From: an uncultured Oscillospiraceae bacterium
GTDB taxonomy: Bacteria > Bacillota > Clostridia > Oscillospirales > Oscillospiraceae
Direction of reading: 5' to 3'
NCBI GenBank assembly: GCA_944385545.1
Contig: CALWXQ010000001.1
Location: 48,697-112,696, forward strand
DNA: 64,000 bases
Shown: one piece after another, positions 56,457 to 64,000 of the stretch
Numbering within the stretch: the stretch's first letter is position 1
Layout: every line of letters begins with the position of its first letter
The notes under the pieces: generated by a model
Databases searched by the model: none
Told to the model about the DNA's origin: nothing
Seen by the model: only the letters and a program-made list of their open reading frames with translations
Position numbers and translations under genes: made by a program

Positions 56457-57296
56457 TTATCCTCTCCTTTTTCGCAGGCAGAAGGTGACGGCGAAAATGC
56501 CCGCCAGAATCAGGCTGATGGCGGCGCCGGCGGAGCTGCCCAGGTAATACGACACGGTCAGCCCTCCGATCCCCGCACCCAAAGCGAAGAGGACGGAAAG
56601 CAGATGATACTGCCGCAGATTCCCGGCAACGTTCCGGGCAGCGGCGGCAGGAAGCACCAGCAGGGAATTCAGGATCAGAAGGCCCACGCTGGAAATGCTC
56701 AATGTGACCACCACGGCAATGGCGGTGACGAACAGGGTTTGGGACAGCCCCACGGGAATCCCCCGGGAGGCGGCCAGCTGGGGATGGATGGCCGTGAGAG
56801 TCAGCCGGTTGGAATAGAGCACCCAGAAAAGGATCACTGCCAGCAGCACCACCGCCAGCAGACCGATCTGCTCCGGCGTCACGGAGAGGATATCTCCGAT
56901 GAGGTATTGGTTATACTTGGTGAAGCTGCCGCCGCCCAGGGTGGCCACGAATATGCCCAGGGCAACAGCGCTGCTGGAAAACACCCCGATGAGGGTATCC
57001 GCCGCCTGGTTACTGCGGCCGCGCACCCAGGAAAACAGCAGGGCAAAGACCACGCTGAAGGCCACTGCCGCCAGGGTGGGGAAGGCCATGCCGCAGATCA
57101 CGCCGATGGCGATGCCGGTAAAAGCGGAATGCCCCAGGGCGTCCGAGAAGAAGCTCATCCGTCCGGTGACGATCATAGTGGACAGCAGCCCAAACAGCGG
57201 CCCCATGAGCAGCAGGGCCAGCAGGGCGTTTTTCATAAAGTCCCAGTGGAGCATCTCCAAAGGGAGCAGATCGCAAAAACCGTACCAAACGCTCAT
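56457..57296 (-). CDS. Zn/Mn ABC transporter permease (ZnuB-like)
   Basis: MSFFSDALGHSAFTGIA, YLIGDIL, VGLLILNSLLVLPAAAA. Confidence 0.92.
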   Translation of the reverse strand: MSVWYGFCDLLPLEMLHWDFMKNALLALLLMGPLFGLLSTMIVTGRMSFFSDALGHSAFTGIAIGVICGMAFPTLAAVAFSVVFALLFSWVRGRSNQAADTLIGVFSSSAVALGIFVATLGGGSFTKYNQYLIGDILSVTPEQIGLLAVVLLAVILFWVLYSNRLTLTAIHPQLAASRGIPVGLSQTLFVTAIAVVVTLSISSVGLLILNSLLVLPAAAARNVAGNLRQYHLLSVLFALGAGIGGLTVSYYLGSSAGAAISLILAGIFAVTFCLRKRRG

Positions 57297-58045
57297 GCCA
57301 ACCCTCCGTTCATGTGAAATGCCTGCAAAAATTCCCGGGAATGGAGCACGGTTTCCGCAGGGCCCTGGATCAGCAGGGCATGGTCAATGAGTACCACCTG
57401 GTCGGCGTACCGGGGCAGCATGGAAAAGTCATGGGTGGTCATGAGAATGGACAGGTCGTAGGTTTTGCGGATCTCGTCCAGCATATCCATCAAAACGGCC
57501 ATGCCCTCCACATCCACGCCGGACAGGGGCTCGTCCAGGATCAGAATGTTGGGCAGAGGCTCCAGGGCCAGGGCCAGCAGCACCCGCTGCAGCTCTCCGC
57601 CGGAGAGAGTTCCCACCCGCTTGCCAATGAGGGCCTCTCCGTGAACCCGCCCCAGGCACTCCAGGACGGTCTGCCGCATGGATTTCCCCAAGCCCAGGAA
57701 GGCGGGGCGCTTGCTCATGCAGCAGGCGAACAGATCCGCCACGCTGACCGGATCGCTGGGGTCAAAGGCGGGGCTTTGAGGCACATAGCCGATCCGGGGC
57801 TTTTTGCTCCGCTGTCCCGGTGTGGAAAAGGCGATGACGCCGGCATATTCCCGCTGGCCCAGGATGGCTTTTAACAAAGTGGACTTGCCCGCGCCGTTGG
57901 GGCCGATGAGGGCCACCAGCTCGCCGCAGTGGACGTGAAGATTCACATCCTTTAATATGGCGTCGGCGCCAATGCGGACGGAAAGATTCTCCACCCGCAG
58001 GCAGCAGGAATGGCCGCAGGAGCCGTCGTGAAGAGGGAAATTCAT
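57293..58045 (-). CDS. Zn/Mn ABC transporter ATPase (ZnuC-like)
   Basis: GPNGAGKST, GYVPQ, LSGGELQRVLLA, LDEP, THD. Confidence 0.92.
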   Translation of the reverse strand: MNFPLHDGSCGHSCCLRVENLSVRIGADAILKDVNLHVHCGELVALIGPNGAGKSTLLKAILGQREYAGVIAFSTPGQRSKKPRIGYVPQSPAFDPSDPVSVADLFACCMSKRPAFLGLGKSMRQTVLECLGRVHGEALIGKRVGTLSGGELQRVLLALALEPLPNILILDEPLSGVDVEGMAVLMDMLDEIRKTYDLSILMTTHDFSMLPRYADQVVLIDHALLIQGPAETVLHSREFLQAFHMNGGLA

Positions 58046-58932
58046 TGCAGTGCCTCCTTAATGGCGTGGATGTTGTGGTACATGGCGTCAAAATAGCTGT
58101 CTCCCGCCATGGCCATATCCAGGGTATAGACCTGACAGCCGGTTTCCCGGGAGATGATCCCGGCGGCGGATACACTGCCGCTGGCCTCGGAAAATACCGC
58201 GGGGAGGCGGTGAGCTTCCACAGTGGTAATGATCCGGATCAGCTCCTGGGCGGAGGCTTCCCGGCCGGATTCTTCCTCAATGGCCTCCAGGATGGTCAGA
58301 TCGAAGGCTTGGGCGAAGTAAGTGAAGCCGTCGTGGAAGGTGATCAGCTCCCGGCAGGAAAGGGATCCAAGGGCATCCTGGCCGTAATCACGCAGGGCTT
58401 CCAGCTGGGCAAGCAGATCCTTCAGATTCTTCTGAAAGGCGTCCCGGTGGTCAGGATAGCGCTGGGACAGGCCCTGGCAGATGTTTTCGGCCATGACCAT
58501 GGCATTTTCCGGAGAGAGCCAGATGTGGGGGTCTTCCTCGTGATGATGGCTGTGGGCAGCGTCTTCGTGGTGATGGTGCTCATCCTCCGGGCAAAGCAGG
58601 GAAATCCCCTGGGAGGCGTCGATGGTGGGAACAGTTTCCAGGACGTCCTCCAGGAACGCCTCCAGTCCGGCGCCGGAGACCACCACGGTCTGAGCTCCCT
58701 GAATGGCCTTGACCTGGCGGACGCTGAGGGAGTAGTCGTGGAGGCAGGAGACCTGCTCCGTGACCAGCCGGGTGACGGTGATGCCGGTGCCCTGGCACAG
58801 CCGGTGGGTAAACTCGTACACCGGCAGGGTGGTGGCGGCTACCTGAGCCGGCTGGGGCTGGGCGCATCCCGCCGGGATCAAAAGCAGCAGCAAGCATAGG
58901 AAAAGAACGGGTATTTTTTTCATAAAACGCAT
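58042..58932 (-). CDS. Zn ABC transporter substrate-binding lipoprotein (ZnuA/AdcA-like)
   Basis: Lipobox-like AGC, CLHDY, His-rich loop EHHHHEDAAHSHHHEEDPHIWLSP, FHDGFTYF. Confidence 0.92.
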   Translation of the reverse strand: MRFMKKIPVLFLCLLLLLIPAGCAQPQPAQVAATTLPVYEFTHRLCQGTGITVTRLVTEQVSCLHDYSLSVRQVKAIQGAQTVVVSGAGLEAFLEDVLETVPTIDASQGISLLCPEDEHHHHEDAAHSHHHEEDPHIWLSPENAMVMAENICQGLSQRYPDHRDAFQKNLKDLLAQLEALRDYGQDALGSLSCRELITFHDGFTYFAQAFDLTILEAIEEESGREASAQELIRIITTVEAHRLPAVFSEASGSVSAAGIISRETGCQVYTLDMAMAGDSYFDAMYHNIHAIKEALQ

Positions 58933-58989
58933 CCCAATTCAAAAGGTTTTCTACCCTTTAGCATACCACATCTGTCAAGCAAGGGGAAG

Positions 58990-59019
58990 AAAAAGGGGAG
59001 CCTGCCGAAGCAGACTCCC
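58990..59019 (-). terminator. intrinsic terminator (minus strand)
   Basis: GGGAGTCTGC-TTCG-GCAGGCTCCC followed by CTTTTT on the minus strand. Confidence 0.8.
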
Positions 59020-59035
59020 GGGGGTTATGTATGGC

Positions 59036-59266
59036 TCAGTGGTTCTCGATCCACTCGTTGACTTTGTTCTTGGCCAGACGCTTGATATCCTCAGCCGGAT
59101 AAATGGAAGCCTCTCCGCCGCCCACATGCAGGAAGTACAGACCTTCCGGAGTTTGGTACAGATCTTCTTCATAGCCGGCGGGATCGCCCAGCTCACCGTG
59201 GGAATATGCCTTGATCAGAGTCGCGGTTTCGGTATCGTACTCTTTCTTGCAAATGATCTTCTTCAT
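59036..59266 (-). CDS. small hypothetical protein (76 aa)
   Basis: RBS AAAGGAGG, upstream TTGATT-16 bp-TATAAT, own terminator. Confidence 0.8.
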   Translation of the reverse strand: MKKIICKKEYDTETATLIKAYSHGELGDPAGYEEDLYQTPEGLYFLHVGGGEASIYPAEDIKRLAKNKVNEWIENH

Positions 59267-59460
59267 GGAATGAACCTCCTTTCCCGTTGAATCAGTACGG
59301 GGCTATTATACACGAAATTGTCCGGAAATCAAGCCCTGTACTAGAAAATTCTTAATTTTTACCCAATTATTAGACGAACAATCAATTATATAACCGGTAC
59401 TTTTTATTTTCACATGTGCAACATGCACAAAGAAATGGCCGGTTTTCGAGAAAGTCTGCC

Positions 59461-59489
59461 TTGCGCTGGGGAAAAAGAAATGGTATCAT
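59461..59489 (+). promoter_or_regulatory. sigma-A promoter
   Basis: TTGCGC-17 bp-TATCAT with extended TG. Confidence 0.55.
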
Positions 59490-59511
59490 AATCGGGACAG
59501 GAGGGGGAAGC

Positions 59512-60216
59512 ATGAAGGATTTTCCGTTTTTTACCACGGAGTATGGTGTTTCCAGTCTGACGCTAAAGGAGATCCCCTATAAGAAGACGGCCTATATTCA
59601 GATCCGCCAGGTACAGCCCCGGGGCTTCCGGGAACATCTGGAGGCGTGCGCCGGGTTCTGCCGCATGGCCGGAGCGGAGACTATCCTCGCCGCGGGGCAC
59701 AAAGACCTGGCGGCGTTCCCCGTCCACGGCACGGTGCTGGAAATGCGCGGCACGGCCTGGGTGGATCCGAAGAAGCTGGCCTGCTTGTTTCCTGTGACCG
59801 GGGAAACGGCGGCACGGTGGCGGGAAATCTACAACCGGCGTATGGCGGCGGTGGACAATGCGGCGACGTTGGAAGCCCGGGACGAGCAGCGTCTGACCCG
59901 GAGCACGGGCGCGTACTTCGTCCATGAAAACGGCAGGCTGCTGGGCATCGGCTGGCTGGAAGGGGAAGAACTGCTTGCTATGGCGGCAGTGGAGCCGGGG
60001 GCAGGAGCGCGGGTGCTGCACAGCATGATGTCTCTGGCCGAGGGGGCGCGGATCACCCTGGAGGTGGCGTCCACCAACCTGCGGGCCATCCGGCTGTATG
60101 AAAGCGCGGGATTTCTGAAGACGAAGGAGCTTTCCTGCTGGTATCGGATCCACTCGGCGGAAAGTCTCGCTCCGGCTGAAACGCCGGCAGCTATTGACGG
60201 GTTTTTCGGAGTATGA
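59512..60216 (+). CDS. GNAT-family acetyltransferase
   Basis: C-terminal LEVASTNLRAIRLYESAGF. RBS GGAGG. Confidence 0.8.
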   Translation: MKDFPFFTTEYGVSSLTLKEIPYKKTAYIQIRQVQPRGFREHLEACAGFCRMAGAETILAAGHKDLAAFPVHGTVLEMRGTAWVDPKKLACLFPVTGETAARWREIYNRRMAAVDNAATLEARDEQRLTRSTGAYFVHENGRLLGIGWLEGEELLAMAAVEPGAGARVLHSMMSLAEGARITLEVASTNLRAIRLYESAGFLKTKELSCWYRIHSAESLAPAETPAAIDGFFGV

Positions 60217-60222
60217 TAAACT
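60194..60222 (+). promoter_or_regulatory. sigma-A promoter of the CotH-VTC operon
   Basis: TTGACG-17 bp-TAAACT with extended TG. Confidence 0.65.
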
Positions 60223-60241
60223 AATTTAAATTACGCGGATC

Positions 60242-62176
60242 TTGCCGAAAAGCATTGGGGGGAGTTTGTTGCGAACCGGATTTTGGAAAGGAATCGTGGC
60301 GGTTCTTACCGCCGCGATGATCGCGGCTGCCGCCTTCTTCGCCGCCAAGGAGCTGGCGGGAGAAGACGGCGCGGCTGTGTTTTCCGTCCGGGTGATCTCC
60401 CCGGCGGGAACGGAGGAGGTCGCCTGCTGGGATGGTGGGGACGGGGAGCTGTATGTGTTCCTGCCCAGCTATGCCGGGACGGATCAGGCGCAAATCCATC
60501 TGCATCGGCCCGGGACGAACCTTCAGCTTGACGGGAAGCCCCTGTCAGAAGGCATGAGCTGCGGCGAATTTGCGCTGGATACGCCCTATTCCCTGGTAAC
60601 AGACGGTGAAGATAGCAGCCGTACCCTGACCTTTGTGCGATCCGCCGATGTTCCGGCTATGTACATAGATGTGCGTTCAGGCAGCATGGACTATATCCAC
60701 CAGTCCGCGGACAACTCCGAAACGGGGCAGGCCCGGATCTACGATGACCGGGGAGAACTGACCTGGGCCGGAGAACTGCAATCCATCCATGGCCGGGGCT
60801 ATTCCACCTGGGACAGCGCGAAAAAGCCCTACAGCCTGGAACTCACCATTCCGGCGGATCTGCTGGGAATGGGAGAGGCCGCGAAATGGGTGCTGCTGGC
60901 CAACAGTTATGACGCTTCCCAATTGCGCAATAAGCTGGCGTATGACTTTGCCCGGGAGGCGGGACTGGAATACTCCCCTCAGTGCCGGTGGGTGGATCTG
61001 TACCTGAACGGAGAGTACGCGGGCCTCTATCTGCTCAGCGAACGCAACGAGGTGCATTCTCAGCGGGTGGATCTTTCTCCGTCCGGCAGTTTCCTGGTCT
61101 CGAAGAACTGGCAGTGGCGGCTGGACAGCCGGAAGCGGGAATATTTCACTACCGCGGGGAACGCGGCTCTACGGCTGCACGAATACTCCATGCCCCGGGA
61201 GCAGGTGGAATCCATCTGGCAATCCGCGGAGAATGGGATTCTGGCCCAGGATGGGATCGACCCGGTGACGGGCAGGCATTATCAGGACTTAATCGATCTG
61301 GATTCCTGGGTGAGAAAATTCCTGGTGGAGGAGATCTTTGCCAATGCGGACGCCGGAGTGCTCAGCCAGTTCTTTTACTACGACGGCGGTGACAGTACCG
61401 GAAAGATTTATGCCGGTCCGGTTTGGGACTATGATCTGTCGCTGGGCAATCCGATCTCCTGGCCGACCCAGACCCCCCAGATGCTCTACGCGGCCCGGAC
61501 GGATGTCTGGGGCTCACCCTGGTACGGGGCGCTGTACCAAAAGGAGGCGTTTTACCAGCGCCTCAGAGAGCTCTATGAACAGGAGCTGCAGCCGCTTCTG
61601 GCCCGGTTCCTGGAGGAAAGACTGTCCCAGTACCGGGAGTTGATCTCCCAGGCGGCGCGGATGAATCAGCTCCGATGGCCGGAGGCGGACGCGGCTGCCG
61701 ATGCGCGGTATATCGAAACCTATCTTGCCCAGCGGATGGAGTTTCTGAACAGCCTGTGGATTCGAGAGGAGCCTTACTACCTGGTTCGCCTCCAGGGACT
61801 TGACGGGGCGCGTTTATGGTACTGTGTGGCGCCGGGGGACAGCCTGCCGTCGCTTCCGGAGTATGAAGATACCGGCACCACGGACTACTTAGGGTGGTAT
61901 CATCAGGAGAGCGGAGAACCCGTTTCGGAAACGGAGACGGTTCATTCGGATTTGATTTTGGTTTTGAAAGTTGAAAACCGGGAGGCTCCTCCCGCGGCGG
62001 ACAGCCAGGAGGAGGCGGTGACCGAAGATCCGGACTTGGCGTCCCTGCTGTGGCTGGGGCCGCTGGGGATTTTCCTGGCGGTCTTTCTCGGCGTGATCGC
62101 CGTAGATATGGTTTTAAGAAGGAAGGAGAGAAAACGCAGCCATGCCCCAACAGAACGCAAGACCCTTTCGTCATGA
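60242..62176 (+). CDS. membrane-anchored CotH-family atypical kinase (start may be TTG 60266 or 60269)
   Basis: GRGYSTW..KKPYSLEL, WVLLAN..D..LRN, YLNGEYAGLYLLSE, IDLDSW, NAD, GPVWDYDLS. N-terminal and C-terminal hydrophobic helices. Confidence 0.88.
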   Translation: MPKSIGGSLLRTGFWKGIVAVLTAAMIAAAAFFAAKELAGEDGAAVFSVRVISPAGTEEVACWDGGDGELYVFLPSYAGTDQAQIHLHRPGTNLQLDGKPLSEGMSCGEFALDTPYSLVTDGEDSSRTLTFVRSADVPAMYIDVRSGSMDYIHQSADNSETGQARIYDDRGELTWAGELQSIHGRGYSTWDSAKKPYSLELTIPADLLGMGEAAKWVLLANSYDASQLRNKLAYDFAREAGLEYSPQCRWVDLYLNGEYAGLYLLSERNEVHSQRVDLSPSGSFLVSKNWQWRLDSRKREYFTTAGNAALRLHEYSMPREQVESIWQSAENGILAQDGIDPVTGRHYQDLIDLDSWVRKFLVEEIFANADAGVLSQFFYYDGGDSTGKIYAGPVWDYDLSLGNPISWPTQTPQMLYAARTDVWGSPWYGALYQKEAFYQRLRELYEQELQPLLARFLEERLSQYRELISQAARMNQLRWPEADAAADARYIETYLAQRMEFLNSLWIREEPYYLVRLQGLDGARLWYCVAPGDSLPSLPEYEDTGTTDYLGWYHQESGEPVSETETVHSDLILVLKVENREAPPAADSQEEAVTEDPDLASLLWLGPLGIFLAVFLGVIAVDMVLRRKERKRSHAPTERKTLSS

Positions 62177-62840
62177 ACTGAAATATTTGATCAGCGCGGC
62201 GCAGGTTCAAATGCTGAAAAGCCGGATGGATCATCTGATCCCCCTGGACAGCCACGCGGGAGAAGCGGGGAAATACACCATCCGCAGCCTGTACTTTGAC
62301 GATTACGAGGATCGTTGCTTCCGGGAAAATGAGGACGGCACCGATCCCAGAGATAAATTCCGGATCCGGATCTACAACCATTCCACCCATCGGATCCGAC
62401 TGGAGTGCAAACGTAAGGAGCGGGGTAAGACCTATAAGACCTCCTGCCCGCTGACCATTGACCAGACCCGAATGCTGATGGAAAGCAGGGCGCTGCCGGA
62501 CATCGACAGTCAGCCGCCGCTGCTGCAGAAGCTGACGGCCCAGATGCTGACCCGGCGGATGCGCCCGGTGGTGATCGTGGAATATGATCGGATTCCCTAT
62601 GTGTACCCCAACGGAAACGTCCGCGTCACCCTGGATACCAACATTGCTTCCTCCTCCGCGGTGAGCTGCTTCCTGGAACCGCAAATTCCGAAGCGCCCCG
62701 TGATGCCGGTGGGCCAGCAGCTGCTGGAAGTGAAATATGACGCGTATCTTCCGGACTTCATCTACCGGAGCCTGCAGCTGGAGAACCTGCGGCAGACCGC
62801 CTTTTCCAAGTACTATATTTGCAGACGATACATTCGATAA
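62142..62840 (+). CDS. VTC (polyphosphate polymerase, CYTH/TTM-fold) domain protein
   Basis: RHELKY, IRSLYFD, KFRIRIY, LECKRK, YDR, VRVTLD, LEVKY, FSKY. Confidence 0.9.
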   Translation: MPQQNARPFRHELKYLISAAQVQMLKSRMDHLIPLDSHAGEAGKYTIRSLYFDDYEDRCFRENEDGTDPRDKFRIRIYNHSTHRIRLECKRKERGKTYKTSCPLTIDQTRMLMESRALPDIDSQPPLLQKLTAQMLTRRMRPVVIVEYDRIPYVYPNGNVRVTLDTNIASSSAVSCFLEPQIPKRPVMPVGQQLLEVKYDAYLPDFIYRSLQLENLRQTAFSKYYICRRYIR

Positions 62841-62852
62841 GGAGACATTGTC

Positions 62853-63527
62853 ATGAATTTTGGGGATATTTTCAAAAAGTCCTTCTTAGAGGGGTTCGCC
62901 TCCACGGAGATCACCACCATCACTGTGGTGACGGCTATGGCCATTGCCAGCGCCATCGCGCTGTACATCTTCTTTGTCTACCGGGTCGTCACCCGGAAGA
63001 CCTTCTATTCCAAGAACTTCAACATCAGCCTGGCTGGGATCACGGTGATTACCACGGCGCTGATTCTGACCATGCAGTCCAGCGTGGTGATCTCCCTGGG
63101 CATGGTGGGCGCTCTGTCCATTGTCCGGTTCCGTACTGCCATTAAGGATCCTATGGATCTGATGTTCCTGTTCTGGTCTATCAGCGTAGGCATTATCTGC
63201 GGCGCGGGGCTTGCCCAGGTGGCGGTGATCCTGTCGGTGGTGGTCACCGTGGGGATCCTGATCCTGGATCGGCTGCCGGTGGCAAGAGCGCCTATGATTT
63301 TGGTGGTGAACGCCAACGATCCGGACGTGGAGGAGACGGTGATCCAGGCGGTGGCGCCTTATGCCGGACACTACCGGGTCAAGTCCCGGAACATGACGGA
63401 AAACGCCCTGGATCTGGTGCTGGAGCTGCGCACCGACGCGGGCGGCAGTCTGGTGCGCGCCGTTCGGGCGGTGAAGGGCGTTTGCTCCGTGTCATTGCTG
63501 TCCCACGACGGGGAAGTGACCTTCTGA
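62853..63527 (+). CDS. DUF4956 membrane protein
   Basis: SLGMVGALSIVRFRTAIKDPMD, several TM helices, small C-terminal soluble domain. Confidence 0.9.
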   Translation: MNFGDIFKKSFLEGFASTEITTITVVTAMAIASAIALYIFFVYRVVTRKTFYSKNFNISLAGITVITTALILTMQSSVVISLGMVGALSIVRFRTAIKDPMDLMFLFWSISVGIICGAGLAQVAVILSVVVTVGILILDRLPVARAPMILVVNANDPDVEETVIQAVAPYAGHYRVKSRNMTENALDLVLELRTDAGGSLVRAVRAVKGVCSVSLLSHDGEVTF

Positions 63528-63563
63528 AATGCTGCGGAAGTTTGAGCCAAGGCAGGTGAAGCT

Positions 63564-64000
63564 ATGAGAGTGGGAAAATGGATCGTGCCAACGCTGACAG
63601 CCGTCTTGCTGGCATTGGCGGCGCTGGTTTCCACCCTGGAGCCAGAACCCCAGACCGGGGACGCCGCGCCCTTTTCCATCCTGGTGGCATCCCGGGACGG
63701 GACGGAAGAAATCGTCTGCTGGGAATCGGAGAGCGGCGATTGCTACATTTTTCTCCCCGGCTATGCCCGGCTGGATCAGGCGACCTTTCGCCTTGGGCAG
63801 TTTGACGGAGAGCTTCAGATCAATGGAGTGCCAGTGTCGGACGGCATGGATTGTGGAAGCTTTGCTCTGGATACGGACTATCTTCTGTGCTGGGACGGCG
63901 CACGGCAGCGGAACCTGCGATTTGTAAGCTCCGGAAATGTATCCACAATGTACATCAACGTCCGGTCGGGAAGCATGGAGTACATCCACGAAGCGGTGGA
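63564..64000 (+). CDS. second CotH-family paralog (3'-partial; absent from the ORF track)
   Basis: ATG 63564 is open to the window end: MRVGKWIVPTLTAVLL...GTEEIVCW...YIFLPGYA...GMDCGSFALDT...MYINVRSGSMEYIH, collinear with the N-terminus of the 60242 protein. Confidence 0.85.
   Translation, partial: MRVGKWIVPTLTAVLLALAALVSTLEPEPQTGDAAPFSILVASRDGTEEIVCWESESGDCYIFLPGYARLDQATFRLGQFDGELQINGVPVSDGMDCGSFALDTDYLLCWDGARQRNLRFVSSGNVSTMYINVRSGSMEYIHEAV

Noticed and set aside
63578-63805. 75-aa ORF in the track
   Set aside because: Wrong frame; the real gene starts at 63564 and is a CotH paralogue.
1-64000. CRISPR arrays, tRNA/rRNA genes, prophage, integrase or transposase genes
   Set aside because: None recognised; intergenic gaps are short and mostly explained by promoters, terminators and the MITE.

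Overview
High-GC chromosomal segment of a Clostridia-type Firmicute, probably Oscillospiraceae (inferred from gene order and protein style). In order: (1) topA (partial)-trmFO-plsX-rnc and a NahK-like sugar kinase; (2) a ~32 kb surface-glycan locus (5757-37632) with a CapD-like dehydratase, one initiating phosphoglycosyl transferase, the fnlABC UDP-L-FucNAc pathway, Wzy/Wzx AND Wzm/Wzt export genes, 17 soluble glycosyltransferases (9 GT4, 7 GT2, 1 GT32), a CE4 deacetylase and a convergent GtrII-like GT-C; (3) housekeeping genes smc-ftsY-rdgB-yhbY-nadD/yqeK fusion-rsfS-leuS, rpsU, yqeG, Xaa-Pro peptidase, efp, dusB; (4) an orphan MtaA/CmuA-type methyltransferase, M23 peptidase, tsaA, a Zn/Mn ABC importer and a GNAT; (5) a CotH-VTC-DUF4956-CotH cassette running off the right end. 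The most notable signal is not in the ORF track: a 161-bp palindromic MITE with IS5-subgroup-like ends (GGAAGCTCTGA...TCAGAGCTTCC, 4-bp TTAG duplication) present as about seven full or degenerate copies. One full copy is inserted in frame (165 bp = 55 aa) inside the GT-C gene, like Rickettsia palindromic elements, and another supplies the last codons and stop of rsfS. All alignments and counts were done by eye; family names come from recognised motifs, not database searches.
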